DNA from: a virus
Lineage: Duplodnaviria > Caudoviricetes
Reading direction: 5' to 3' (one strand)
IMG/VR virus record: IMGVR_UViG_3300006879_000021
Span: 1 to 24,894 of that record
DNA length: 24,894 nucleotides
The notes beneath the pieces are model-generated. The model was not told the origin of the DNA and did not search any database. It saw only the letters and a list, made by a program, of their open reading frames with translations. The position numbers were made by a program, and so were the translations under genes. Positions 7,782-16,996 of this stretch are shown here, piece by piece (position 1 is the first letter of the stretch; each line of letters begins with the position of its first letter).

Positions 7782-8328
7782 GTTGCGCGAAGATGATTCC
7801 GGAGAACGCGTTCTGTCCGGGTATGCTGTTAAGTGGAATACTGAATCGCGGACAATTGGGCTGTTCCGTAAATTTAAAGAACAATTCCGTCACGGCTCTT
7901 TTGCTGAATCACTAAGAGACAATAATCAATTTGCGCTATGGAGCCACGACGTAAACCAGCCAATCGGAAGCGTGGAAAGTGGCACATTACGATTATCAGA
8001 GGATCATATTGGATTGCGCTTTGAAATTGATCTGGGGGACGACCCACGAAGCCAACAAGTACATTCCGATGTAAAGCGCGGGATCGTGAAGGGAGTTTCA
8101 TTCGGGTTTCGCAATGCGGTTGATGATTGGGATGATTCCAATCCAGATGAGGCGAAGCGAACAATATCAAAAGCCGAATTAATTGAAGTTAGCCCAACAC
8201 CTTTTCCAGCATATCCAGATAGTGAAGTTAGTGCTAGGGGTTATGATCCCTTGAAAGAACATGAGCAAGAAACGGAAGAGCGAAACGAAGAACAAGCAGC
8301 AAAAATAAGACTATTAACATTAATTTAG
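7735..8328 (+). CDS. Prohead maturation protease, HK97 family
   Basis: 'LSGYAVKWN', 'LWSHD', 'GLRFE', 'GVSFGF', 'LIEVSPTPFPAYPDSEV'. RBS GGGGGTG before ATG 7735. Confidence 0.95.
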   Translation: MTKDKTEIRDQTNKIELREDDSGERVLSGYAVKWNTESRTIGLFRKFKEQFRHGSFAESLRDNNQFALWSHDVNQPIGSVESGTLRLSEDHIGLRFEIDLGDDPRSQQVHSDVKRGIVKGVSFGFRNAVDDWDDSNPDEAKRTISKAELIEVSPTPFPAYPDSEVSARGYDPLKEHEQETEERNEEQAAKIRLLTLI

Positions 8329-8339
8329 GGGGAAAAAAC

Positions 8340-9527
8340 ATGGATCGTATTAAAGATATCCAAGCACGTTTACAAGAGATTAGGGAAATGACAGAAGATG
8401 TAGAAAAAAGAGGTGATGCTAAGTTTACAGACTTAGAGAAAGAAGCCCGTGAATTAAGAGAAGAATTAGAAGAACTGGAATCACGTCAACGCATGCAAGA
8501 AGAAGCAAGAAGCATGGAGAAGGGTGGACAAGAGGCTCGCACAATTGAGACATTTAACTCTCAAGAACACACTGAAAAGCGAGAACAAACGGAAGAAGTA
8601 GACTGGGAGAAACGCGGGACAGATATTTATGAAAAACGTGCAGTAACAGTCGAAAGTGGAGATTTGATTTTACCTAAACACGATTCCGCAAACATTAAAG
8701 GTACATTCAATCAGATTTCTTCTCTGATCGATCGGGTGAATGTTGTTCCGTTGCAAGGCGGGGAATCCTATGAAACACCTTACGATATTGATTACGGTGA
8801 AGGTAATTACACAAAAGAAGGCGAGCCTTACTTTGATATCGATATCGAGTTTGGGTATGCACGAATCAATAAAACGAAGATCACAGCATACAACGAAATT
8901 ACTGAAGAAGTATTAAAGCTTCCACGTGCGAATTATGGTCAACGTGTGGTTGAATCAGTACGTCAATCCTTACGCAAGAAAATCACAAAGGAAATCCTTA
9001 ACGGACGTGGTCCGGCACAAGATGAATTCGTTGGTATCTTTTCTGATCAAGCAACAGCGATTAATCCAGATACAGATATGGAAATCACTGAGATTAATGA
9101 GGACACGCTGGAAAATGTTATCTATGCATTTGGCGGAGATGAGGACGTCGAGAGTGAGTTTTCATTAATTTTGTCTAAAGATACATTGCGTCAGTTCTCT
9201 AAAGTACGTTATCCAGATGGTCGCAAAGTATATGACATTAGCCACAATGGTAATACGGGAAGCATTGACGGTGTATCATACATCATCAATAGCGGAGCGG
9301 GTTCACTTGCTACTGCCGAAACTGGAGATTATCTTATGGCTTACGGTCCACTATCTAACTATGAGATGGCTGTATTTTCACCAACAGACGTGAAACGCTC
9401 CGACGATGTTAAGTTTAAAGAAGGCATGGTTGCACACCGCGGATCTGTATTCAGTGGCGGAAACGTTGCAGCGTTCAACGGTTTCTTACGTGTGAAAAAG
9501 GGTGCTGACGACTCGGGGGAAGCTTAA
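8340..9527 (+). CDS. Major capsid protein, HK97 fold with coiled-coil delta domain
   Basis: Charged coiled-coil N-terminus (~100 aa), 'KITAYNEITEEVL', 'EILNGRG', and position after the protease. Confidence 0.95.
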   Translation: MDRIKDIQARLQEIREMTEDVEKRGDAKFTDLEKEARELREELEELESRQRMQEEARSMEKGGQEARTIETFNSQEHTEKREQTEEVDWEKRGTDIYEKRAVTVESGDLILPKHDSANIKGTFNQISSLIDRVNVVPLQGGESYETPYDIDYGEGNYTKEGEPYFDIDIEFGYARINKTKITAYNEITEEVLKLPRANYGQRVVESVRQSLRKKITKEILNGRGPAQDEFVGIFSDQATAINPDTDMEITEINEDTLENVIYAFGGDEDVESEFSLILSKDTLRQFSKVRYPDGRKVYDISHNGNTGSIDGVSYIINSGAGSLATAETGDYLMAYGPLSNYEMAVFSPTDVKRSDDVKFKEGMVAHRGSVFSGGNVAAFNGFLRVKKGADDSGEA

Positions 9528-9589
9528 CGCCCGGGGATGAGACTTTTCCGGGCGAAAATCGACATCCAGAAGGTGGAGAAAGAACATGA
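9515..9589 (+). other. Putative programmed -1 frameshift extension of the major capsid protein (GSLTPGDETFPGENRHPEGGERT*)
   Basis: G_GGG shift site, then GAA GCT TAA and a hairpin at 9528-9554. The -1 frame stop overlaps the next ATG. A paralogous element follows the major tail gene. Confidence 0.7.
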
Positions 9590-9888
9590 GTGACGTGACG
9601 TTACTTGAAAAAGTGAAACTGTCTGCAAGAATCAGTGGTAATGCATTTGATGAAGATGTCCAAGATATGATAGACAGCGCCCGCGAGGAGTTGGTGCAGT
9701 CGGGTGTTAGTCGTAAAGTGGCAGAATCGAGTGACGATCCACTGATTGTTCGGGCTATGAAAATTTATGTTAAGGCAAACTTTGGCATTGATAGCCCGAA
9801 TGCATACCGATTCCATCAATCTTTTGAATCGTTAAGGCGACATTTGTCGATGGCAGGTGATTATACCGATGGCAATGAATTGGAGTAA
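9586..9888 (+). CDS. Head-tail connector (HK97 gp6-like)
   Basis: 'LLEKVKLSARIS...FDEDVQDMIDSAREEL...DPLIVRAMKIYVKANFG'; synteny. Confidence 0.88.
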   Translation: MSDVTLLEKVKLSARISGNAFDEDVQDMIDSAREELVQSGVSRKVAESSDDPLIVRAMKIYVKANFGIDSPNAYRFHQSFESLRRHLSMAGDYTDGNELE

Positions 9889-10186
9889 CGTTATTGACCT
9901 AATTAGAGTGGTTAGCGGTGTGGATGATGACGGTTTTCCTGTTGATGACCTAGAAGAAGCAAGACAGGTTTTCGCAAACCGTAAATCCGTCAAGTCCAGT
10001 GAATATTATGCAGCTAAGCAAAGCGGGATCGAGTTATCCTACATCTTTGAATTGCGGTCAGTCGATTATGACGGTGAAATAAAACTGAAGTATAACGGTG
10101 ATCCTTATGAGGTGGAACGCTCCTATGAAAAAGGGGAGTTTATCGAACTAACCTGCAAGCGAGAAGGTGATAACCATGAACTTTGA
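9869..10186 (+). CDS. Head closure / head-tail adaptor protein
   Basis: 'VFANRKSVKSSEYYAAKQSG'; RBS AGGTGA before ATG 9869; synteny. Confidence 0.88.
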   Translation: MAMNWSNVIDLIRVVSGVDDDGFPVDDLEEARQVFANRKSVKSSEYYAAKQSGIELSYIFELRSVDYDGEIKLKYNGDPYEVERSYEKGEFIELTCKREGDNHEL

Positions 10187-10577
10187 TTATGAGGGCCTCG
10201 ATGAATTGATCGCAGAGATTGATAGAATTGAAGGACTGTCAAATGAATTGAAAGATCAGGCTTTAATTGAAGGTGGAGATTATCTGCGTGATCAGATTAA
10301 GTCTGAAGTGTACTCACACGGACTCACCAGGCGCACTGGCGAAGCAGAGGAAGCTATTGTTCGAACAGACCCAGAAAATGGGGCTTTGTTTGTAGGAACT
10401 CAGGGTGGTAAAAAGAAACCTGGGTTTTATTTGTATATGCACGAAATTGGTTATTATAACGTTCTTGCTGGTCGTTTTATAGCGCCGAAGCCTTTGGTCT
10501 CAATCGTTTATGAAAGAAACAAGAGTGCCATTATGAATAAGTATGTGAACGTCTTTAGAAAGGGGATGGGCATGTGA
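10176..10577 (+). CDS. HK97 gp10-like tail completion protein
   Basis: 'EGLDELI', 'FYLYMHEIG....FIAPKP'; RBS AAGGTGA; synteny. Confidence 0.85.
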   Translation: MNFDYEGLDELIAEIDRIEGLSNELKDQALIEGGDYLRDQIKSEVYSHGLTRRTGEAEEAIVRTDPENGALFVGTQGGKKKPGFYLYMHEIGYYNVLAGRFIAPKPLVSIVYERNKSAIMNKYVNVFRKGMGM

Positions 10578-10909
10578 GTTTAAATGGATTGATTATCGAC
10601 ACTTTAAAACCATTAAATGTGCCTGTCTCTTTTGCTTCATATAACCAAACTGCTGACACTTATATTGTATTCTTGGAATATAACCAGAAATCATGGCTAA
10701 TTGCCGATGATGAGGAAAAACAAACAGAACATCTTTTTCAAGTCGATGTGTTTTCCAAGGGAAATTACTTGGATTTGGTTAAAGAAATGAAAAAACTACT
10801 AAAAGAAATAGGATTTAGGCGGACGTTTGAAACAGAAACGTATGAAGATGAAATGAAGCGATTCCGTAAAATTTTACGATTCGCCTATATATCAGAGGAG
10901 GAATATTAA
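10574..10909 (+). CDS. Tail terminator protein
   Basis: 'YIVF.EY.....ADD.E......QVDVFSK'; lies directly before the major tail gene. Confidence 0.8.
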   Translation: MSLNGLIIDTLKPLNVPVSFASYNQTADTYIVFLEYNQKSWLIADDEEKQTEHLFQVDVFSKGNYLDLVKEMKKLLKEIGFRRTFETETYEDEMKRFRKILRFAYISEEEY

Positions 10910-11506
10910 ATGGCTGTTATTGGATTGAAAGATTTACATTATGCAAAAATTGAAAGTGAAAGCAAAGAGGCAACGGAATATAGTGAGGTTAAACCGTTCG
11001 GACCAGCTATGGCATTAAACTTGTCACCATCATCAAACGACGAGGATTTATTTGCGGATGACGCGATTCTGTTTTCTGAATCGGCAAAAGGACCAACAAC
11101 CGTTGAAGTTAACACTGCTTATCTTGAAGAAAAAGTAGAGGCGGACGTATTAGGAAAACAAATTGACGGACATGGCGGGATTGTAGACGGTGTGGACGAT
11201 GCACCACCTTACATTGCAATCGGGGGCAAGGCAAAAAGTGCACGCGGTGGCTATGAGTGGTTTTGGATTTATCGCGTTAAATTAAAACCGGGTGAAGATA
11301 ACAAGTCAACCAAGCAAGATACACCCGAATATCAAACTCCTAGTTTGGAAGGTAAGTCTCTACCGCGTCTGCATGATGGTCGTGAGAAATACAAACTGTG
11401 GGATAATAACGAAAAACTCAAAGATGGCGATAAGGGGATCTTTGATAACTGGTTCGATGAAGTGATTGACCCTGATTGGACAGATAGCAACTCAAAAGAA
11501 GCTTAA
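10910..11506 (+). CDS. Major tail (tube) protein, phi13 family
   Basis: 'IGLKDLHYAKI', 'LFADD', 'PPYIAIG', 'STKQDTPEYQTPSLEG'. Confidence 0.93.
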   Translation: MAVIGLKDLHYAKIESESKEATEYSEVKPFGPAMALNLSPSSNDEDLFADDAILFSESAKGPTTVEVNTAYLEEKVEADVLGKQIDGHGGIVDGVDDAPPYIAIGGKAKSARGGYEWFWIYRVKLKPGEDNKSTKQDTPEYQTPSLEGKSLPRLHDGREKYKLWDNNEKLKDGDKGIFDNWFDEVIDPDWTDSNSKEA

Positions 11507-11562
11507 CGCCTGGGGAGAAAACTCACCCAGGCGAAAATAAATATCCAAGGAGTGAACAATAA
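11494..11562 (+). other. Putative programmed -1 frameshift extension of the major tail protein (RSLTPGEKTHPGENKYPRSEQ*)
   Basis: A_AAA shift site, then GAA GCT TAA and a hairpin at 11507-11533. The -1 frame stop overlaps the next ATG (TAATG). Confidence 0.7.
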
Positions 11563-11930
11563 TGGCTTACGAAAAACAAGAATGGAAAAACGGTGAAGAA
11601 GGTGGTACACCTATCACTGCCGAACGATTGAATCATATTGAGGAAGGTATCGCAGCTAAAGCTGAACAAGGACCCGCAGGAAAAGACGGCGCTAAGGGGG
11701 CTAAAGGTGACACGGGTCCACAAGGCCCCGCGGGTCCTAAAGGTGACGCAGGCGCACCAGGAACAGATGGTACGGATGGCGCAGAAGGTCCACAAGGTCC
11801 CAAAGGTGACACCGGCGCTGCCGGCACAGACGGAGAACAAGGTCCAGCGGGCGCAGATGGCGCAGACGGTTTCCCTTCTGAAGAACAATGGAATGATTTA
11901 GTGGCGCGTGTTGAAGCATTGGAGGGATAA
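11562..11930 (+). CDS. Collagen-like virion fibre/decoration protein
   Basis: N-terminal 'YEKQEWKNG...TPITAERLNHIEEGI', an uninterrupted Gly-X-Y run from GPA to the GF of 'GFP', and a C-terminal 'WNDLVARVEALEG' trimerisation-like helix. Confidence 0.9.
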   Translation: MAYEKQEWKNGEEGGTPITAERLNHIEEGIAAKAEQGPAGKDGAKGAKGDTGPQGPAGPKGDAGAPGTDGTDGAEGPQGPKGDTGAAGTDGEQGPAGADGADGFPSEEQWNDLVARVEALEG

Positions 11931-11933
11931 TCA

Positions 11934-12269
11934 ATGAAAATAGAATTGTGTATCGATGACGAAGAAAAAGTATTCACGACTCCGTATATACCGTATCTTG
12001 CTAAACGGAAGTATTTAAAAATACAAGCAGCTGCAGAAGAAAAAGCAAAAAAGGATGAAAACTACTTCCCATCCACACAAGAACAACTAGACGAAGAGGA
12101 TGAGATTGTCGGCATTCTAGCGGATGTAGTGTTTGGTGGACAATTTACTGTTAACCAAGTTTATGAGGGTACCACAGAAGATTACATGTATAGTAAAATT
12201 CGTGAAGCGGTGTTTGGTGAGCCGACACAAGACAATGAAGATGAAGAGGGAAACGATCAGGGGGAGTGA
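11934..12269 (+). CDS. Tail assembly chaperone (gpG-like)
   Basis: Position between the tail tube and tape measure genes; 'VFGGQFTV'; slippery site near the 3' end. Confidence 0.88.
   Translation: MKIELCIDDEEKVFTTPYIPYLAKRKYLKIQAAAEEKAKKDENYFPSTQEQLDEEDEIVGILADVVFGGQFTVNQVYEGTTEDYMYSKIREAVFGEPTQDNEDEEGNDQGE
12248..12254 (+). other. -1 frameshift slippery heptamer G GGA AAC (gpG/gpGT)
   Basis: In-frame X XXY YYZ heptamer. The -1 frame is open into ORF 12266..12469. Confidence 0.85.
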
Positions 12270-12469
12270 CAGCTGGGGAGCTGTACACTTCCCTTTTATC
12301 TATGTATAAAAATTTGATGTTTCCACAGAACCCTGATGTCAGACGTTGGTCGATGTCAGAAATAGATGAGATGGATATCTTTTTGTTTGATGAATTAATG
12401 GAACATGAGGTATCAGAAGAACATAAACCAAAGCAAGAAAAAGAAGTATATCTATCTGATATATGGTAA
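12266..12469 (+). CDS. Tail assembly chaperone gpT segment (probably expressed as a gpGT fusion)
   Basis: In the -1 frame relative to gpG; 'WSMSEIDEMDI'; precedes the tape measure gene. Confidence 0.8.
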   Translation: MTAGELYTSLLSMYKNLMFPQNPDVRRWSMSEIDEMDIFLFDELMEHEVSEEHKPKQEKEVYLSDIW

Positions 12470-12484
12470 GGCAGGTGGTGATGA

Positions 12485-15400
12485 ATGGCAGATCATGAGA
12501 TTGGTAATTTAAGAACAAGGTTATCCTGGGAAGATGATGGAGCTAACCGATCCTTAGAAGGATTTAAACGTGATTTAAGAGGTCTGCGGTCGGAAATGAA
12601 CCTTGCGAAATCCGGTGGAAAAGAGTACACAAATAGCTTAAAGGGAATGCGTGATCAATCTGATGTATTGACGCGTCGGTTTAAAACTCAAAAAGAACAA
12701 GCGCGTGAGTTAAGACGCCGCTATGATGAACTTGTGGCAGCCGGTAAAGGGAATACTACACAGGCGAAAAACTTACAATCGCAATATAACAACACGACCG
12801 CCCAGATGAATCGAACAGAACAACAATTAAAGAGTTTAAACGCTGAAATCAAACGTCAAGAAAGTCCGTGGACCATACTGGGAGATCGTATTGAAACAGC
12901 GGGCACGAAGATGCAAACAGTCGGTCGTGGGATGACTACTACCGGAAGGCAATTAACAACAAAGGTTACGGCTCCGATATTAGGGCTTGCAGCCGGAGCG
13001 TTAAAAGTTGGCATGGACTTTGAAGAAGGAATGTCAAAGGTACAAGCTATCTCCGGAGCCACTGGCGATGATATGGAACAACTAGAAGCGCAAGCGCGTG
13101 AAATGGGCGCGGAAACACGGTTTAGTGCTACTGAAGCCGCGGATGGCATGTCGTATTTAGCAATGGCGGGATTCGATACCCAAGAAATAATGGAAACTAT
13201 GCCGGGATTACTTGATTTGGCCGCATCTGCAAACATGGATTTGGGACAAGCGGCTGACATTGCATCGAACATTATTTCGGGATTTGGAATGGAAGCAAAA
13301 GAAGCCGGAAGGGTATCAGACGTGTTAGCGGCAAGTGCTGCAAACGCTAATACTAGCGTTGATCAAATGGGTGACGCAATGAGTTATGTTGCTCCCGTTG
13401 CAGCAGGTGCAGGTCTATCATTAGAAGAAACCGCGGGCGCAATTGGTGTTCTTAGCGATAGTGGTATACAAGGACAACGTGCAGGTACTGCTTTACGTGA
13501 AGTTATATCATCATTGCAAAATCCAACAGGAGATACAGCTAAGGTAATTGAGGAAATGGGTATATCCATGGAAGATGTTGACCCTGCGGCCAACTCACTT
13601 TCTGAAATTCTTGAAGTGTTGGAAGATGCAGGCATGGACAGTTCTGAAGCCATGAGGTTGGTAGGGCAAGATGCCGGGCCTGGACTAATTGCTTTGTTAG
13701 AACAAGGTTCTGGCGGTCTATCAGATTTCACAAAGGACATGGAAGATTCCGAAGGCGCGGCTGCTGAAATGGCCGAAACGATGGAAGATAACGCGAAAGG
13801 TTCGTTACGTGAATTTAAATCAGCCTTGGAAGAAGCGGGTTTATCTTTATCTGAACATATGTTGCCGGCAGTAACTGATCTGATCGAAGGCGGCACGGAT
13901 TTAGCTCGTAAATTCGGAGAACTAGATGAAGAAACACAAAAAAACATCATAAAGTTTGGTGGACTAGCCGCGGCTGCTGGACCTGCAGCATTGGTCTTAG
14001 GTAATGCAACGACTGCCGCCGGTGGTATGTTGAGAGTAGGAGGAAAACTGTCGAAGTCGCTTGGAAAAGCAGGTGGCGCAGGATTGATTGGCTCAATTGG
14101 CAGATTAGGACCTTTGGCTGTTGGCGGTGTTGCAGTCGCCGGGATAGCAGCGATTGCCGGTGGACTTTATAAGTTACATGAAAGGTCGAAAGAAACCGAG
14201 GAAGCGAATTTTGATCTCGCAGAATCATTAAGTGATCAAGCGGTAGAACTCGATAATAGCGCGGACACATTTGACAAACTGTCCGAGAAGGCAAAAATAA
14301 GCAATGAAGAATTAGCCGAACTGAATGACTTGAATATCAAAATAACTGAATCAAACAATCCGGGTGAAATTAAAGAGTTACAAGAACAATACGATGAACT
14401 TGCTAAAAACTCCGGGTTATCCAAAGATGAATTGCAAGAGTTATTTGAAGCGAATAGCGACATTATTGAACAGTCTCCCGATGTTGAAACGTCTATATCT
14501 GAACAAGGTAATAAGTTTGTTGAAAACACGGAAGCTGTAAAAGAATATGTGGCAGAGTTATACGAGATGTCCAGACAAGAACTGTCTGACGAAATGCTTA
14601 TTGCTGAAAAAGAAAGAACTAGATTAATAAAAGAAAACAAGGAAACAAAGAAAGAAATAGCTAGTCTTGATAAATTGTCTCGGGAACTAAGAGACCTAGA
14701 AGCTATGTCGGAAGAAGATAGAAACGCAAAACTTTTAGACTGGCATACAGAAATAAAAAAACAAATGGCTTTAAATAAAGACGATCAAGAAAAGTTTAAC
14801 GAACTTAAAGAAGAAGAAGAAATTATGTTAGGTTATATTAATGATGGCTTAGGCCAAGGTTTAAGTGTCATCAGAGATCAAAGAGATGAACTCAACGAAA
14901 AGGTCAATAAGAATGATGAAGAGTTAGAAAAACTCGACGCTCTTAATGGAACATATGCAGACATTCTTCTGAAACAAGCTGGTATCAATGAGGAAGGCGA
15001 CAAAGGTCTTGCTAATCTGGATAAAAGTATTAACAAACATCAAGAAGAGATTGAAAAATTACGCCAACAAAAAGAAGAAAAAGGCGAGTTGTCAGAAAAA
15101 GACCAAGAGAGACTAAATAAACTAACTAAAACGTTAGAAAAAGAAGAAGATACTCGCAATGAAATATTCAAGCAAACAGGACTTTACAATGACTTAAATA
15201 ACCTTGCTGATGGTCAACTTGAACGTCTTGATGAAGAAGAGCAAAAGAGGATTAAAAACCTTCTGAAAACAAATGAAATAAAGGTTGAAGAGGGAAACAT
15301 ACTCCAACAACTAAAGAATAAAAACACCGAATATGATGAACAAATTTCTAAGCTAGAAGAAAGCAGAAAAAAAGAAGGCGCAAACAAGGATGAAATAAAT

Positions 15401-16996
15401 AATCAGATAAAAAGCTTAGAAAACAAAAAGAAAATGAACGACGAAATTAAACGTCAAATTTTAGAAGCCATCGGTCTTAATCAAGATCAGATCGACAAAA
15501 TAATAGACGGTACAACAGAAACGAAAAACCAAGGCAGTGAGATTGACGAAAATAACGATAAAACAAGAACCGGAATCAGATTAGAAGAAGATCGAACGGC
15601 TGAAGCTGGCAAAAGCGTTGATAAGGAAATTGACGTGTGGCCATTTCCAACAATACCAGAGTTAAACAGAGGTTTACGTGAGGGAGTCGATAAAGATGTA
15701 ACCATATTGCCGTCAACAACTCCGAAAGATCTACGAGATAGTTTAGCGGAAAGTGTTGATAAAGACATTAACTTGAACGCCAAACCATCTGGTAATAACT
15801 TTACCTTGCCTTTACTGCAATATGCACAAGGAACGAAAGGGCACCCTACCGATTCTCCGGCAGTTGTGGGCGACGGGAAGGGTTCTAACGCGGGATCTGA
15901 ATTAATTACTGAACCAAATGGGAAGCAGTATTTATCGCCAAGCAAGCCCACGGTTGTTGGTATGAAAAAAGGGACACATGTTACGCCTGCTAAAACCACT
16001 AAAAAAATGTTAGCCAATATTCCACATTATGCTGATGGTGTTGGAACCCTAGCAAAATTTTCGTTCAAGAAACTAGGTGCGCTGGGACTTGGAAATCATC
16101 TGTTAGGTGGAAGTATGGGGAACCCATTCGCACCAGTGGCGAAAAGTGCAATTAGTAAAATGACGAGCATGTTCTTGAGTGGTAATCTTGGCTTGAATCT
16201 TGTTGGTGGCACAAGCTCCAAAAGTGCATCTGCGTGGGCAAACGACATACGAAGGGCAGCAGCCACCATGGGTGAAAGTGTTACGAATGCTCAAGTACAA
16301 GGGATTATCTCACAAATAAACAGGGAGTCGAATGGTAATCCGGGAATTGTACAGTCCTCAAGTGTAGTAGATATCAATACATTATCCGGGAACCCTGCAC
16401 GCGGATTGCTCCAATACATCCCGCAAACTTTTTCCGCTTATAAAGTTCCGGGACATGGCAATATTTATTCCGGTTATGATCAATTACTAGCGTTTTTCAA
16501 CAACAAAAATTGGCGCAGGGATTTACCATATGGTACACGCGGTTGGGGTCCTACTGGTGGAAGGAAATATGCAACAGGAACAGATAATCATCCAGGAGGT
16601 CCATTCCTCGCAGGTGAGAAAGGTTGGGAACTTGGTCGGTTAGGTGATCATTGGGAAGTGCTGAACAAAGGTGTATATGATCGTCCGCGCGGTTACGAAG
16701 TATATCCTCATGATGAATCTAAGAAGATTATGCGTGCTATTCATAATGTGCCTGCATATGCAGATGGCACGGGCGGACGTAGTGGCGTAATGCCTCATAA
16801 TGGCAATAGAACAAAAGAGATATCTCTTTTAAAACAACAAGTGAATTTATTAACCGACATAGTTACCTCCAACAGAGGTATTGAGAACAAACCCGTTTTA
16901 TCAGAAGGGGATATTCAGCGATCTTATAATAAAATGGATTCCAGACAATCAACTAAACATGCTATATTTGCGGGCAAGGTAGGTGGTGTTACCTAA
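12485..16996 (+). CDS. Tape measure protein (TP901-type core) with C-terminal lytic transglycosylase (SLT) domain
   Basis: 1503 aa. 'FEEGMSKVQAISGA...FSATEAADGMSYLAMAG' core and long coiled coils. SLT motifs 'INRESNGNP', 'ARGLLQYIPQTF', 'DQLLAFFNN'. Confidence 0.96.
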   Translation: MADHEIGNLRTRLSWEDDGANRSLEGFKRDLRGLRSEMNLAKSGGKEYTNSLKGMRDQSDVLTRRFKTQKEQARELRRRYDELVAAGKGNTTQAKNLQSQYNNTTAQMNRTEQQLKSLNAEIKRQESPWTILGDRIETAGTKMQTVGRGMTTTGRQLTTKVTAPILGLAAGALKVGMDFEEGMSKVQAISGATGDDMEQLEAQAREMGAETRFSATEAADGMSYLAMAGFDTQEIMETMPGLLDLAASANMDLGQAADIASNIISGFGMEAKEAGRVSDVLAASAANANTSVDQMGDAMSYVAPVAAGAGLSLEETAGAIGVLSDSGIQGQRAGTALREVISSLQNPTGDTAKVIEEMGISMEDVDPAANSLSEILEVLEDAGMDSSEAMRLVGQDAGPGLIALLEQGSGGLSDFTKDMEDSEGAAAEMAETMEDNAKGSLREFKSALEEAGLSLSEHMLPAVTDLIEGGTDLARKFGELDEETQKNIIKFGGLAAAAGPAALVLGNATTAAGGMLRVGGKLSKSLGKAGGAGLIGSIGRLGPLAVGGVAVAGIAAIAGGLYKLHERSKETEEANFDLAESLSDQAVELDNSADTFDKLSEKAKISNEELAELNDLNIKITESNNPGEIKELQEQYDELAKNSGLSKDELQELFEANSDIIEQSPDVETSISEQGNKFVENTEAVKEYVAELYEMSRQELSDEMLIAEKERTRLIKENKETKKEIASLDKLSRELRDLEAMSEEDRNAKLLDWHTEIKKQMALNKDDQEKFNELKEEEEIMLGYINDGLGQGLSVIRDQRDELNEKVNKNDEELEKLDALNGTYADILLKQAGINEEGDKGLANLDKSINKHQEEIEKLRQQKEEKGELSEKDQERLNKLTKTLEKEEDTRNEIFKQTGLYNDLNNLADGQLERLDEEEQKRIKNLLKTNEIKVEEGNILQQLKNKNTEYDEQISKLEESRKKEGANKDEINNQIKSLENKKKMNDEIKRQILEAIGLNQDQIDKIIDGTTETKNQGSEIDENNDKTRTGIRLEEDRTAEAGKSVDKEIDVWPFPTIPELNRGLREGVDKDVTILPSTTPKDLRDSLAESVDKDINLNAKPSGNNFTLPLLQYAQGTKGHPTDSPAVVGDGKGSNAGSELITEPNGKQYLSPSKPTVVGMKKGTHVTPAKTTKKMLANIPHYADGVGTLAKFSFKKLGALGLGNHLLGGSMGNPFAPVAKSAISKMTSMFLSGNLGLNLVGGTSSKSASAWANDIRRAAATMGESVTNAQVQGIISQINRESNGNPGIVQSSSVVDINTLSGNPARGLLQYIPQTFSAYKVPGHGNIYSGYDQLLAFFNNKNWRRDLPYGTRGWGPTGGRKYATGTDNHPGGPFLAGEKGWELGRLGDHWEVLNKGVYDRPRGYEVYPHDESKKIMRAIHNVPAYADGTGGRSGVMPHNGNRTKEISLLKQQVNLLTDIVTSNRGIENKPVLSEGDIQRSYNKMDSRQSTKHAIFAGKVGGVT

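Noticed and set aside
9525-9593. Stop-codon readthrough or +1 shift at the capsid and tail stops, or the hairpins acting as terminators
   Set aside because: The +1 frame closes within a few codons for the capsid. The zero-frame readthrough products lack the Pro periodicity and their stops do not overlap the next start codons. The hairpins are followed by A-runs, not T-tracts.
11523-11977. Several overlapping ORFs on both strands over the collagen gene
   Set aside because: By-products of GC-rich Gly-X-Y codon periodicity, which suppresses stop codons.
12856-16300. Long minus-strand ORFs within the tape measure gene
   Set aside because: Antisense shadows with Ser/Phe/Pro-biased composition.
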